Shown here one piece after another: positions 1-11,074 of a stretch of DNA of 64,000 bases (within the stretch, counting starts at the first letter, position 1; every line of letters starts with the position of its first letter). The stretch lies in contig CAWEDJ010000036.1 in assembly GCA_963807635.1 (NCBI GenBank), positions 20,332 through 84,331 on the forward strand, written 5' to 3'. A model generated the notes under the pieces. It was given only the letters and a program-made list of their open reading frames with translations. It was not told the origin of the DNA and did no database searches. A program made the translations under genes and the position numbers. Source of the stretch: an uncultured cyanobacterium. Its GTDB lineage: Bacteria > Cyanobacteriota > Cyanobacteriia > Cyanobacteriales > Microcystaceae.

Positions 1-1962
1 ATCCTTGGAAAAGGATCGCTTACGTTATCCCCAATTTCGAGAAAATTTATCCGATCCTTTCAAACAAATCAGTTGGGAAGAAGCTTTAACAAAAATTGTG
101 GAACGAATTCAGACGGTCATAGCCACCCAGGGCGTTGATGGAATTTGTATGTATGGATCGGGGCAACTGCAAACCGAAGATTATTATATTGCTCAAAAAT
201 TACTCAAGGGCTGTTTAGGAACCAATAATTTTGATACAAATTCTCGCTTGTGTATGTCTTCGGCGGTGTCGGCCTATGTTCAGAATTTTGGCTCCGATGG
301 CCCGCCCTGTTGTTACGAAGATTTGGATTTAACTGACTGCGCTTTTTTGATTGGGACGAATACGGCAGAATGTCATCCTATTATTTTTAATCGTTTACAA
401 AAACATCTCAAACGCGATCGCCAAACAAAATTAATTGTGGTTGATCCTCGTCGGACGAAAACCGCAGAAGTTGCCGATTTACACCTAGCGATCGCACCAG
501 GAACGGATATTGATCTCCTCAATGGTTTAGCCCATTTATTATTGCGTTGGGGAAAATTAGACCAGCATTTTATTGAAAAACATACCCAAAATTTTGCGGA
601 CTATAAAGATGTTATTGCCCATTATTCTCCCGAAGTTGTTACGGCTAAATGTGGTATTTCCCTAGAAGACTTAGAAACCGCCGCAAGCTATTGGGCAGAA
701 TCGAACCGAACCCTTTCTCTCTGGTCAATGGGCTTAAATCAATCTTCCGAAGGAACCGCCAAAATTTGTTCTTTGATTAATTTGCACTTAATGATGGGAC
801 AAATCGGCGAACCAGGCATGGGGCCATTTTCTCTCACAGGTCAACCCAATGCGATGGGGGGACGGGAAGCGGGGGGACTGTCTAATTTATTGCCAGGCTA
901 TCGACAAATTGTTAATCCCCAACATCGGGATGAAATAGAACAGGCTTGGGGTGTGTCATCGGGTCGCATTAATCCCTTACCAGGAAGAGATGCCTGGGGC
1001 ATGATTACGGGACTAGAAGAGGAAAAAGTGGGATTATTTTGGATTGCGGCAACAAATCCCGCCGTGAGTCTGCCTGATTTGGAACGGGTGAAAAAAGCTT
1101 TGGCAAAATCGCCTTTTACGGTTTATCAAGATGCCTATTATCCAACCGAAACCAGTGCCTTTGCCCATTTATTGTTGCCTGCGGCCCAGTGGGGCGAGAA
1201 AACGGGAACCATGACCAATTCCGAAAGACGGGTTACCCTTTGTTCCCAATTCCAAGAGCCTCCAGGAGAAGCGATCGCCGATTGGCAGATTTTTGCTGAA
1301 GTGGGTCGCCTTTTAGGGTTTTGTGACCAATTCCCGTTTAAAAATTCGGCTGAAGTGTATCAGGAATTTGTCGAGTTAACCCGCGATCGCGTTTGTGAGA
1401 TGACGGGCATTACCCATGAGCGTTTATTAAAGGAAGGCCCGTTGCAATGGCCCTGTTCTGACAATTCCACCAATTTAGAGAATAATTTGGCAAAAAGACT
1501 CTATACCGACCTCAAATTTCCCACACCTAATGGACGAGCTAAATTTGTTCCCTTTCACACAAAAGGACTGGCCGAACCGCCCGATCGCGACTATTCCTTT
1601 ATTTTGACAACAGGAAGACTTTACGGCCATTGGCACACCCAAACCCGCACGGGACGCATCGAAAAAATTGTCAAAATGCACCCCCAACCCTTTATCGAGA
1701 TTCACCCCAAAGATGCGAATTTTCTCCAAGTTACCGATGATGATTCTTTAGAAGTGCGATCCCGACGAGGAAGGGCTTCTTTTCCTGTCAAAATCACTAC
1801 CGCCATTAAACCTGGAACGGTTTTTGTTCCCATGCACTGGGGAAGTCTCTGGCCGACCATGCCGAAGCCAATGCCCTCACCCACGCGATCGCCTGTCCTA
1901 TTTCCCTAGAACCTGAATTAAAAGCCTGTGCCGTTCAACTAATTCCCCATCGTGTCCCATAG
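1..1962 (+). CDS. narB: Ferredoxin-dependent assimilatory nitrate reductase, 5'-truncated by the window edge; apparent frameshift near 1851
   Basis: Molybdopterin oxidoreductase motifs [41 protein letters not shown]. After ~1851 another frame gives the expected C-terminus ([30 protein letters not shown]) ending at TAG 1960-1962. Confidence 0.92.
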
Positions 1963-2115
1963 GCTAATTCTCGTCCATTTCCCGTTAGCTTTTTGTTGCA
2001 ACTCTTAACAAAAAATCAGTCTTTTTGGGTTAATCCCTTGGTACACTGGAATTTAAGTATCGTTTTTAGCGTTACGAGCCGTTTGCATCCAAGAAAAAAC
2101 TCGTGTAAATCATTT

Positions 2116-3192
2116 ATGGTTACTACTCTCCAAAAACCTGAATTTGAGGAACTCCGTCCTGGCATTAAAGCCCCAGCAAAAGAAACCATTCTCACCCCTC
2201 GGTTCTATACCACTGATTTCGATGAAGTGGCAAAAATGGATATCTCTCCTAACGAGGAAGAGTTACGGGCGATTCTCGAAGAATTCCGCGTTGACTACAA
2301 CCGCCATCATTTTGTTCGGGACGAAGATTTTGAACAATCCTGGGAACACATTGACGGGGAAAAACGCCGCCTATTCATGGAATTCCTAGAGCGTTCCTGT
2401 ACCGCAGAATTTTCTGGATTTTTACTCTACAAAGAATTGGGAAGACGCTTAAAAACCACCAGTCCGTTGTTGGCTGAGTGCTTTAACTTGATGTCACGGG
2501 ATGAAGCCCGTCATGCTGGCTTTTTGAATAAGGCCATGTCGGATTTCGATTTATCCTTAGATTTAGGATTTTTGACCAAGAGCCGTAAATATACGTTCTT
2601 TAAGCCTAAATTCATTTTCTATGCGACCTATCTTTCTGAAAAAATTGGCTATTGGCGTTATATCACCATTTATCGTCATTTAGAAAAACACCCTGAAGAT
2701 CGGGTTTATCCGATTTTTAAATTTTTTGAAAACTGGTGTCAGGACGAAAACCGTCACGGTGACTTTTTTGATGCCATCATGAGAGCGCAACCGAATACCC
2801 TCAATGATTGGCGGGCGCGGCTTTGGTGTCGTTTCTTCCTCTTGTCGGTGTTTGCCACCATGTATTTGAATGACATTCAACGAGCTGATTTCTACGCAAT
2901 TTTGGGATTAAATGCCCGTAATTACGACAAGGAAGTGATCAAAAAAACCAACGATACGGCGGGCCGTGTTTTTCCGATTATTCTGGATATCGAAAAGCCA
3001 GAGTTTTATGATCGTTTGGAAATTTGTGTCAAAAATAACGAAAAATTGCGGGCGATCGATGCTTCTAATGCCCCTGGTTTGTTGAAAGGATTACAAAAAT
3101 TACCCGTTTTTCTCTCTAACGGTTGGCAGTTTATTAAACTCTACTTACTTGAACCTATCCGTGTTGATCAGTTAGCGGGAACTGTCCGTTAA
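2116..3192 (+). CDS. acsF: Mg-protoporphyrin IX monomethyl ester oxidative cyclase (AcsF/CycI)
   Basis: [27 protein letters not shown] and di-iron motifs DEARH and DENRH; ATG at 2116 (MVTTLQKP) preferred over the upstream TTG. Confidence 0.95.
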   Translation: MVTTLQKPEFEELRPGIKAPAKETILTPRFYTTDFDEVAKMDISPNEEELRAILEEFRVDYNRHHFVRDEDFEQSWEHIDGEKRRLFMEFLERSCTAEFSGFLLYKELGRRLKTTSPLLAECFNLMSRDEARHAGFLNKAMSDFDLSLDLGFLTKSRKYTFFKPKFIFYATYLSEKIGYWRYITIYRHLEKHPEDRVYPIFKFFENWCQDENRHGDFFDAIMRAQPNTLNDWRARLWCRFFLLSVFATMYLNDIQRADFYAILGLNARNYDKEVIKKTNDTAGRVFPIILDIEKPEFYDRLEICVKNNEKLRAIDASNAPGLLKGLQKLPVFLSNGWQFIKLYLLEPIRVDQLAGTVR

Positions 3193-3222
3193 TTTTTTCA
3201 ATCTCAATTTCATGCTCAAGAT

Positions 3223-3255
3223 TTCCGTTGCAATTCTTTTTGTGACGGAATTTTT
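3223..3255 (+). terminator. Probable rho-independent terminator of acsF
   Basis: Stem TTCCGTTGCAA / TTGTGACGGAA (with G-U pairs) followed by a T tract, 30 nt after the stop. Confidence 0.55.
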
Positions 3256-3291
3256 GTAGGGAATTAGGATCGAATGAGGGTTAAAATGGGT

Positions 3292-3433
3292 AATGATGCT
3301 TTATTTTCTCTCATTCCCAATCCTATTTTCCTATCTGTCTGTTAGTGAAGGTCGGAGTTTAGAATGATGCTTTGTTTTCTCTCATTCCCAATCCTATTTT
3401 CCTATCTGTCTGTTAGTGAAGGTCGGAGTTTAG
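3292..3433. repeat. 71-bp tandem duplication, 2 copies
   Basis: AATGATGCTTT(A/G)TTTTCTCTCATTCCC...GGTCGGAGTTTAG at 3292-3362 and 3363-3433, one mismatch. Confidence 0.9.
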
Positions 3434-3522
3434 TCTGTCGGAAAGTCACAAAAAATAAATTTTCTTCCATAACGCTACTAGGGCAATTTTTTTCAGGAGT
3501 TAAGCGATCGCTCGTCTAAATA

Positions 3523-4286
3523 GAGCTTGCTGAAAAAAGCTGAAAGCCTTATAAGAAAAGAGATGAGGGGATTTAGAGAGCAAAAAAAGTGCAAAAAAAA
3601 GGTCTAAAATGAGTGAAAAGGCTTGCACCCCTCCCCTTCCAGAGCATTGAACGATGTACCCCAAAAAAGAATCCGAAAAATCGACTGTTGAAAACTTCAA
3701 AATACCAAGTGAGTGGAAGCCAAAAGAAGAAAATCGTTGGGTAATCATGTCAAAAATAATTCCGTGGGAGGAATTTGAAGAAGAATATGCAAAACAATTT
3801 TCAGAAAATAAAGGAGCGACAGCCAAACCATTTAGGATGGCATTAGGGTCATTAATAATAAAAGAAATATTGAGAATAAGTGACCGAGAAACAGTAGAAC
3901 AAATAAAAGAAAACCCTTACTTACAATATTTTATAGGACTAGAAGTATATGAAAATGAGGAGGCATTTGATGCGTCACTGTTAGTACATTTCCGTCAAAG
4001 AATAGGAATGGACTTGGTGAATCAAATAAATAAAGCAATGGTAAAAAAAGAAGAAGAAATATTATCAGAAGTAAAAGAAAAAAGTGAAGGGGAAAATCAG
4101 AATAGAGGAAAGCTATTAATAGATGCAACCTGTGCACCAGCAGACATCAAATATCCAACAGATATAGGAATCTTGAATGAGGCAAGAGAAAAAACCGAAA
4201 AAATAATAGACAACTTGTATAAAAAAACTAAAAAAAAAGGAAAAAAACCAAGAACCTATAGAATAAGAGCCAGAAAAGATTACTTA
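3523..4286 (+). mobile_element. Truncated IS5-family copy 1 (left 764 bp; 217-aa transposase fragment at 3654-4307)
   Basis: Starts with the left IR GAGCTTGCTGAAAAA and matches the first 764 bp of the full element at 5051. Confidence 0.9.
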
Positions 4287-5050
4287 GAGCTTGCTGAAAA
4301 AAGCTGAAAGCCTTATAAGAAAAGAGATGAGGGGATTTAGAGAGCAAAAAAAGTGCAAAAAAAAGGTCTAAAATGAGTGAAAAGGCTTGCACCCCTCCCC
4401 TTCCAGAGCATTGAACGATGTACCCCAAAAAAGAATCCGAAAAATCGACTGTTGAAAACTTCAAAATACCAAGTGAGTGGAAGCCAAAAGAAGAAAATCG
4501 TTGGGTAATCATGTCAAAAATAATTCCGTGGGAGGAATTTGAAGAAGAATATGCAAAACAATTTTCAGAAAATAAAGGAGCGACAGCCAAACCATTTAGG
4601 ATGGCATTAGGGTCATTAATAATAAAAGAAATATTGAGAATAAGTGACCGAGAAACAGTAGAACAAATAAAAGAAAACCCTTACTTACAATATTTTATAG
4701 GACTAGAAGTATATGAAAATGAGGAGGCATTTGATGCGTCACTGTTAGTACATTTCCGTCAAAGAATAGGAATGGACTTGGTGAATCAAATAAATAAAGC
4801 AATGGTAAAAAAAGAAGAAGAAATATTATCAGAAGTAAAAGAAAAAAGTGAAGGGGAAAATCAGAATAGAGGAAAGCTATTAATAGATGCAACCTGTGCA
4901 CCAGCAGACATCAAATATCCAACAGATATAGGAATCTTGAATGAGGCAAGAGAAAAAACCGAAAAAATAATAGACAACTTGTATAAAAAAACTAAAAAAA
5001 AAGGAAAAAAACCAAGAACCTATAGAATAAGAGCCAGAAAAGATTACTTA
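4287..5050 (+). mobile_element. Truncated IS5-family copy 2 (left 764 bp; fragment ORF 4418-5071)
   Basis: Same 764-bp unit; ORF translation identical to copy 1. Confidence 0.9.
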
Positions 5051-6700
5051 GAGCTTGCTGAAAAAAGCTGAAAGCCTTATAAGAAAAGAGATGAGGGGAT
5101 TTAGAGAGCAAAAAAAGTGCAAAAAAAAGGTCTAAAATGAGTGAAAAGGCTTGCACCCCTCCCCTTCCAGAGCATTGAACGATGTACCCCAAAAAAGAAT
5201 CCGAAAAATCGACTGTTGAAAACTTCAAAATACCAAGTGAGTGGAAGCCAAAAGAAGAAAATCGTTGGGTAATCATGTCAAAAATAATTCCGTGGGAGGA
5301 ATTTGAAGAAGAATATGCAAAACAATTTTCAGAAAATAAAGGAGCGACAGCCAAACCATTTAGGATGGCATTAGGGTCATTAATAATAAAAGAAATATTG
5401 AGAATAAGTGACCGAGAAACAGTAGAACAAATAAAAGAAAACCCTTACTTACAATATTTTATAGGACTAGAAGTATATGAAAATGAGGAGGCATTTGATG
5501 CGTCACTGTTAGTACATTTCCGTCAAAGAATAGGAATGGACTTGGTGAATCAAATAAATAAAGCAATGGTAAAAAAAGAAGAAGAAATATTATCAGAAGT
5601 AAAAGAAAAAAGTGAAGGGGAAAATCAGAATAGAGGAAAGCTATTAATAGATGCAACCTGTGCACCAGCAGACATCAAATATCCAACAGATATAGGAATC
5701 TTGAATGAGGCAAGAGAAAAAACCGAAAAAATAATAGACAACTTGTATAAAAAAACTAAAAAAAAAGGAAAAAAACCAAGAACCTATAGAATAAGAGCCA
5801 GAAAAGATTACTTAAAATTGTCAAAAAAACGCCGTCCGTCGAGAAAAGAAAGGAGAAAGGGCATAAAAAAACAAATCCAATATATCAAAAGAAACCTTTC
5901 CCATATAGAAAAATTAAGAGAAGATAAAGAGGTCGCAAAATTAAGTAAAAAAGACGAAAAGATACTGTCGATAATACAAAAAGCCTATGAGCAACAAGTA
6001 GGAATGTATGAAAATAAAGAAAATAAGGTAGAAAATAGAATTGTGAGTTTGACTCAACCTCATGTTCGTCCCATTGTTAGAGGAAAAGCGGGAACGCCAG
6101 TAGAGTTTGGTGCAAAACTATCAGCAAGTTATGTGAATGGATATCTTTATTTATACCGATTAAGTTGGGATAATTATAATGAATCAGGCGACTTCAAAGG
6201 ACAAATAGAAGAGTTTAAACGTGAGACAGGCTACTATCCCCAGTCTGTTCATGCTGATGCAATCTATCGCACAAGGGAAAATCGCGCTTTTTGTAAGGAG
6301 AAGGGAATTCGATTGAGTGGCCCACCCTTGGGAAGACGACCCACAAATATTAGTCCAGAAAAAAAGAAAGAAGCTCTTCAAGATGAAAGAGACCGTAATG
6401 CTATTGAAGGCAAATTTGGTCAAGCAAAGAGACGATTTAGCCTCAATCGAGTTATGACAAAACTTCCTGATACCTCTGAAACCGCTATTGCTATCACCTT
6501 TTTAGTCATCAATCTTTTTGCCCTGCTTCGGCAGGTTTTACGTTTTTTTTGTCTTTTTCGGAAGAAGAGCTTATTTTTCTGCCCTCTTATTAGCCCAGCT
6601 TATGCTTTGTGTTGACAATTCATTTAACCCTTATGTTTTACTCGCCTTAAATTCATAAATTAATCCCCTCTTCCTGTTTTTTGACTTTTTCAGCAAGCCC
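5051..6700 (+). mobile_element. Complete IS5-family insertion sequence (~1650 bp)
   Basis: Left IR GAGCTTGCTGAAAAA, right IR TTTTTCAGCAAGCCC; TAAATA flanks the whole composite (3517-3522 and 6701-6706). Confidence 0.88.
5182..6615 (+). CDS. IS5-family DDE transposase
   Basis: LLIDATCAPADIKYPTD, RPIVRGKAGTPVEFGAK, VHADAIY, RNAIEGKFGQAKRRF. Confidence 0.9.
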   Translation: MYPKKESEKSTVENFKIPSEWKPKEENRWVIMSKIIPWEEFEEEYAKQFSENKGATAKPFRMALGSLIIKEILRISDRETVEQIKENPYLQYFIGLEVYENEEAFDASLLVHFRQRIGMDLVNQINKAMVKKEEEILSEVKEKSEGENQNRGKLLIDATCAPADIKYPTDIGILNEAREKTEKIIDNLYKKTKKKGKKPRTYRIRARKDYLKLSKKRRPSRKERRKGIKKQIQYIKRNLSHIEKLREDKEVAKLSKKDEKILSIIQKAYEQQVGMYENKENKVENRIVSLTQPHVRPIVRGKAGTPVEFGAKLSASYVNGYLYLYRLSWDNYNESGDFKGQIEEFKRETGYYPQSVHADAIYRTRENRAFCKEKGIRLSGPPLGRRPTNISPEKKKEALQDERDRNAIEGKFGQAKRRFSLNRVMTKLPDTSETAIAITFLVINLFALLRQVLRFFCLFRKKSLFFCPLISPAYALC

Positions 6701-6750
6701 TAAATATTCTTTCCACAGATTTGATATCCCCCTAGTCATTCAAACTCAAG

Positions 6751-7709
6751 ATGAACTCCATTCCATCCAATGCAATTTCTGCCTTTTCCAACTTTCAGGA
6801 AGCGGTTCAAGCAGTTTTAAAATCTTTGCATGAACGTTTAGGCTTTCAGTTGTGGATGTTTACCCGTGTGGAAGGCGAGGATTGGATTGTTTTAGAAGCC
6901 GCCGACTATGGTTATGGGGTAAGATTGGGGAATGTTTTTCGTTGGTCTGATTCTTTTTGTTCTCGCATGGTGCGGGGAGAGGGGCGAGAGTTGCGCCCAA
7001 TTCCCAACAAATTCAAGCCTACGTGGAAGCTCCCATTGGTCAACAGGTGGATATTTCTGCCTATATTGGCATTCCCCTTTGTCATGCGGATGGAACACTT
7101 TTTGGAACGCTTTGTGCAATCAATCCAACTCCCCAACCCGAATCGATTAAGCAAGAAGGGGAATTTATTGAACTCCAAACCCGTTTACTGACCACGATTC
7201 TTCATTACGAATTAAAAGCCCAGGAAAATGCGCGTCGCTATGAACGGGCCAAATTAGAGGCAGAAATGGATATGTTAACGGGGGTTTATAATCGTAGGGG
7301 TTGGGAGCGGTTACTGCGTGCGGAAGAGGAACGTTGTCGGCAATTTGGCCTGTTGGCCAGTATATTAGTGATTGATCTTGATAATCTTAAAGAGGTTAAT
7401 GATAGCCAGGGTCATGTCGAGGGCGATCGCCTTATTCAAGCAACGGCTAAATGTCTTTTGAATAATATTCGTTCGGAAGATGTGTTAGCCCGTGTTGGCG
7501 GCGATGAATTTGTGATTTTAATCATAGAAACTAATCTGGAAATTACCCAACAAGTGGTGAAACGAATTCAGGAAAAACTGGAAGAAAATAATCTCAAAGC
7601 CTCGGTGGGTTGGGCGATTCGGATTCATCAATCTACTTTGCCCCATACCTTCATTGAAGCGGATAAAAATATGTTTCACAATAAATCAGAACGGAAAAAA
7701 TTGTGTTAA
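6751..7709 (+). CDS. GAF + GGDEF diguanylate cyclase; apparent frameshift near 6984
   Basis: GAF-like N-terminus (WSDSFCSRMV...AYIGIPL...LFGTLCAI) split across two frames; DMLTGVYNRR, DLDNLKEVND, RSED I-site and intact GGDEF. Confidence 0.85.
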
Positions 7710-7799
7710 TGGCTTTCCTTGTAAAATGAAACTAAGTAGCTGGTTACAACTAAACTGACAATATATTTTTCGCTCGATCCCCCCTTTCTCTCTTGATAA

Positions 7800-7976
7800 G
7801 CTATCGTGTACACACAAGTCTCTCTGTCTAAATTTGTAAGTTTTGATCCCCCCTACCCCCCTTGATAAGGGGGGCTAAATTCCTATCAGTAACAAGAGTC
7901 CCCCTTTTTAAGGGGGATGCCGTAGGCAGGGGGATCAAATTTCTAAAGATATAAGGAGATGTACGTACACTGTAGC
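7800..7976. mobile_element. MITE (177 bp) inserted in a hairpin repeat
   Basis: Imperfect TIRs GCTATCGTGTACACACA / TGTACGTACACTGTAGC; direct repeat TTGATAA at 7793-7799 and 7977-7983. Confidence 0.7.
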
Positions 7977-8044
7977 TTGATAAGGGGTATGTCCTTAGGG
8001 CAGGGGAGCTTATAAAACTTATTAATCTTCATTCCTTTCCCATT

Positions 8045-9448
8045 ATGTCAACCGAAAATTCTTCTCAAACTCGCATTGAAACCGATAGTATGGGGCCGAT
8101 TGAGGTCAACCAGGATTGTTATTGGGGAGCGCAGACCCAGCGATCGCTGAAATATTTTGCGATTGGGAATGATTTGATGCCAGAGGAGTTAATTCGGGCC
8201 TTTGGGATTTTGAAGAAAGCCGCCGCGATTGTCAATCAAGATTTAGGCAAACTATCCCCTGAAAAAGCGAATTTAATCATCCAAGCCGCCGATGAAGTGA
8301 TTGCGGGACAACTGATGGCCCATTTTCCCCTGCGAGTGTGGCAGACGGGCAGTGGCACTCAAACCAATATGAATGTAAATGAGGTGATTTCTAATCGGGC
8401 GATCGCGTTATCTGGGGGAGTTTTGGGGAGTAAAACTCCTGTCCATCCCAACGATGATGTGAATATGTCTCAATCCTCTAATGATACTTTTCCCACGGCG
8501 ATGCACATTGCGGCGGTACAAACCCTGACCCAAAATCTAATTCCCAGTATTCAGAGCTTGCGGGACGCATTAGACAGTAAAAAGACAGAATTTGAAGATA
8601 TTATCAAAATTGGCCGCACTCACCTCATGGATGCGGTTCCTTTGACCCTGGGGCAGGAATTTTCGGGTTATATTGCCCAACTCGATCACAATTTGGAACG
8701 GATTCAAACCAGTTTGCCCCATCTCTATGAATTGGCGATCGGTGGAACAGCCGTGGGAACGGGTCTCAATACTCACCCCGAATTTGCCCAGCGAGTTGCC
8801 GATAAAATTGCTGAATTAACGGGATTACCCTTTATTTCTGCTCCAAATAAATTTGCCGCCCTTGCCAGTCATGATGCGATCGCCATGGCCAGTGGAGCCT
8901 TGAAAACCTTGGCCTGTACAAACATGAAAATTGCCAATGATTTGCGTTGGTTAGGATCGGGCCCGCGTTGTGGTTTGGGAGAATTAATTTTACCCGCCAA
9001 TGAACCTGGATCTTCTATCATGCCTGGAAAGGTCAATCCGACCCAATCTGAGGCGATGACAATGGTTTGTGTACAAGTGATGGGCAACGATACAGCAATC
9101 GCGATCGCAGGGAGTCAGGGCAATTTTGAATTAAATGTCTTTAAACCCGTGATGATTCATAATTTATTGCATTCCATTCGGCTTTTGTCTGATGCCAGCG
9201 ATTCTTTTCGGGAACATTTAGTCGTGGGTTTAGCGGCAAACCGTCAACAAATTGAGCATTATTTAACGAATTCCTTGATGCTCGTAACGGCATTAAACCC
9301 TCACATTGGCTATGATGCCGCCGCAAAAGTTGCTAAAATAGCCTATTTAGAAGGAAAAACCCTGAAAGAAGCAAGTGTAGAACTCGGTATTTTAACCCCA
9401 GAACAATTTGATGCTTGGGTACGGCCCGTCGAAATGCTTCATCCGTAA
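8045..9448 (+). CDS. fumC: Class II fumarate hydratase
   Basis: [15 protein letters not shown] signature, [28 protein letters not shown]. Confidence 0.97.
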   Translation: MSTENSSQTRIETDSMGPIEVNQDCYWGAQTQRSLKYFAIGNDLMPEELIRAFGILKKAAAIVNQDLGKLSPEKANLIIQAADEVIAGQLMAHFPLRVWQTGSGTQTNMNVNEVISNRAIALSGGVLGSKTPVHPNDDVNMSQSSNDTFPTAMHIAAVQTLTQNLIPSIQSLRDALDSKKTEFEDIIKIGRTHLMDAVPLTLGQEFSGYIAQLDHNLERIQTSLPHLYELAIGGTAVGTGLNTHPEFAQRVADKIAELTGLPFISAPNKFAALASHDAIAMASGALKTLACTNMKIANDLRWLGSGPRCGLGELILPANEPGSSIMPGKVNPTQSEAMTMVCVQVMGNDTAIAIAGSQGNFELNVFKPVMIHNLLHSIRLLSDASDSFREHLVVGLAANRQQIEHYLTNSLMLVTALNPHIGYDAAAKVAKIAYLEGKTLKEASVELGILTPEQFDAWVRPVEMLHP

Positions 9449-9567
9449 AGGAATGTTACAGAACAATTTCTTTTTTTCTCGTTTTGGATACTGTTTTTGA
9501 TACAGTAGAGATGCTATTAACTCATATTCGGATTTATCACTGCTGAGTGTGGTCAGCCTTTAAGCAA

Positions 9568-10674
9568 ATGAAAACAATTCTCGTTATCGAAGATCAAACT
9601 GATGTTAGGGAAAATATTGACGCGATTTTAGAGCTAGAAGGCTACCAAGTCATCATGGCAGAAGATGGTGAAATCGGCGTAGAAATGGCGACATCCCATC
9701 ACCCTGATTTGATTCTTTGTGATGTGATGATGCCTAAACTAGATGGATTTGGTGTTGTGCAAGCATTGCGCCAAAACCCAATCACCTCGATGATTCCTTT
9801 GATTTTTTTAACCGCTAAAGCCGATCGTCTATCCTTGCGACAAGGTATGGATTTGGGAGCCGATGACTATTTAACCAAGCCCTTTACCCTAGATGAGTTG
9901 ATTAATGCGGTAACGGCTCGTTTAAGCAAGCAAAATTTAATTCAACAAGATGTCAATCAAGAACTAGATAAGTTTCGGTCTAATATTACGCGATCGCTGC
10001 CTCATGAATTGCTCACACCGCTCAATGGTATTTTGGGAATGAGTCATTATTTAAGTGATTATTACGATACAATCGATAGGGACGAAATTCAAGAGTGCTT
10101 GGACAATATTAAAATTTCTAGTGAAAGATTGTACCGTTTAATCCAGAATTTTTTACTATTTGCCCAATTAGAATTATTCCAATCGAATGCCCAACAGAGT
10201 CAAATTTGGCAAAATCGTCTTTCTCAAATAACAATAAATTCAGTCTCCACTATTGAAAAAATTACTCAAAAGATTGCACAACAAGTAGAAAGAACTGATG
10301 ATTTGCAACTCTTTCTAAAAGAAGCAAGCGTCCATATTTCTGAACAAGATTTAGAGAAAATTACGGAAGAAATTATTGATAATGCCTTTAAATTTTCAGA
10401 CAAAGGAAACCCCGTCATCGTAGAAACTAAATTAGACGATCAAAACTTTGTTTTAACTGTGACAAATCAAGGGCGGGGTATGAATGCTGAAGACATTGCT
10501 TGTATTGGAGCCTATATCCAATTTGAACGTAGACTTTATGAACAGCAGGGTTCAGGTTTAGGCTTAATCATTGCTAAACGAATGACAGAATTATATGGTG
10601 GAAAGCTTGAAATACAGAGTATTCCTAATGAAAAAACTACCGTTTCTATTTGTTTACCCCTAAACCGAACCTAG
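9568..10674 (+). CDS. Hybrid response regulator / histidine kinase (REC-HisKA-HATPase)
   Basis: ILVIED, LILCDVMMP, KPF receiver motifs; HELLTPL H-box; DNAFKFS N-box; GSGLGL G-box. Confidence 0.9.
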   Translation: MKTILVIEDQTDVRENIDAILELEGYQVIMAEDGEIGVEMATSHHPDLILCDVMMPKLDGFGVVQALRQNPITSMIPLIFLTAKADRLSLRQGMDLGADDYLTKPFTLDELINAVTARLSKQNLIQQDVNQELDKFRSNITRSLPHELLTPLNGILGMSHYLSDYYDTIDRDEIQECLDNIKISSERLYRLIQNFLLFAQLELFQSNAQQSQIWQNRLSQITINSVSTIEKITQKIAQQVERTDDLQLFLKEASVHISEQDLEKITEEIIDNAFKFSDKGNPVIVETKLDDQNFVLTVTNQGRGMNAEDIACIGAYIQFERRLYEQQGSGLGLIIAKRMTELYGGKLEIQSIPNEKTTVSICLPLNRT

Positions 10675-10727
10675 AAAGAGAAAAATTGATTAAAAATAAT
10701 AGACAAGAATGATTAGGAAATAAAAAT

Positions 10728-10911
10728 ATGCAAGTTTTAACAACCCCAAAAATGAGAGATTTATATGAATTAGACTATCTAGCTTGGTACGAAAAGACTT
10801 TAGAGCAACTCAAAAATAACCATTTAATTAAATAAAACGCTTTTTCCCATCCAATGTCCTTATAGCCTAGAACAACTTTTTGATGATGATTGGTTTCCCC
10901 AGGCTTTATAA
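10728..10911 (+). pseudogene. Internally deleted DUF29-family gene remnant
   Basis: N-terminal LYELDYLAWYEKTLEQLK joined out of frame to a C-terminal FPIQCPYSLEQLFDDDWFP, both typical of DUF29 proteins; the middle is missing. Confidence 0.7.
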
Positions 10912-11074
10912 AGTCAGTTTTGCCTTGAATAAACTGAGTTTATTGAGTATTGATCATCCTTGACTTTCAGGGAAAAATATCAAGACTTTTTAAGATTTCG
11001 ATAATGATAGGAATATTGGGACTTAAAAAGAGAGAAAATTAGGGAAAGTAAGATCAGCCACAGGAAAACATTTT

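Noticed and set aside
1993..2115. N-terminal extension of AcsF from the TTG at 1993
   Set aside because: The recognisable AcsF sequence begins at ATG 2116; the extension is probably untranslated.
3292..3433. Possible CRISPR repeat-spacer units
   Set aside because: The whole 71 bp is duplicated; there is no repeat/spacer alternation.
3500..6423. Minus-strand ORFs inside the IS copies
   Set aside because: Low-complexity F/L-rich shadows of the A-rich transposase strand.
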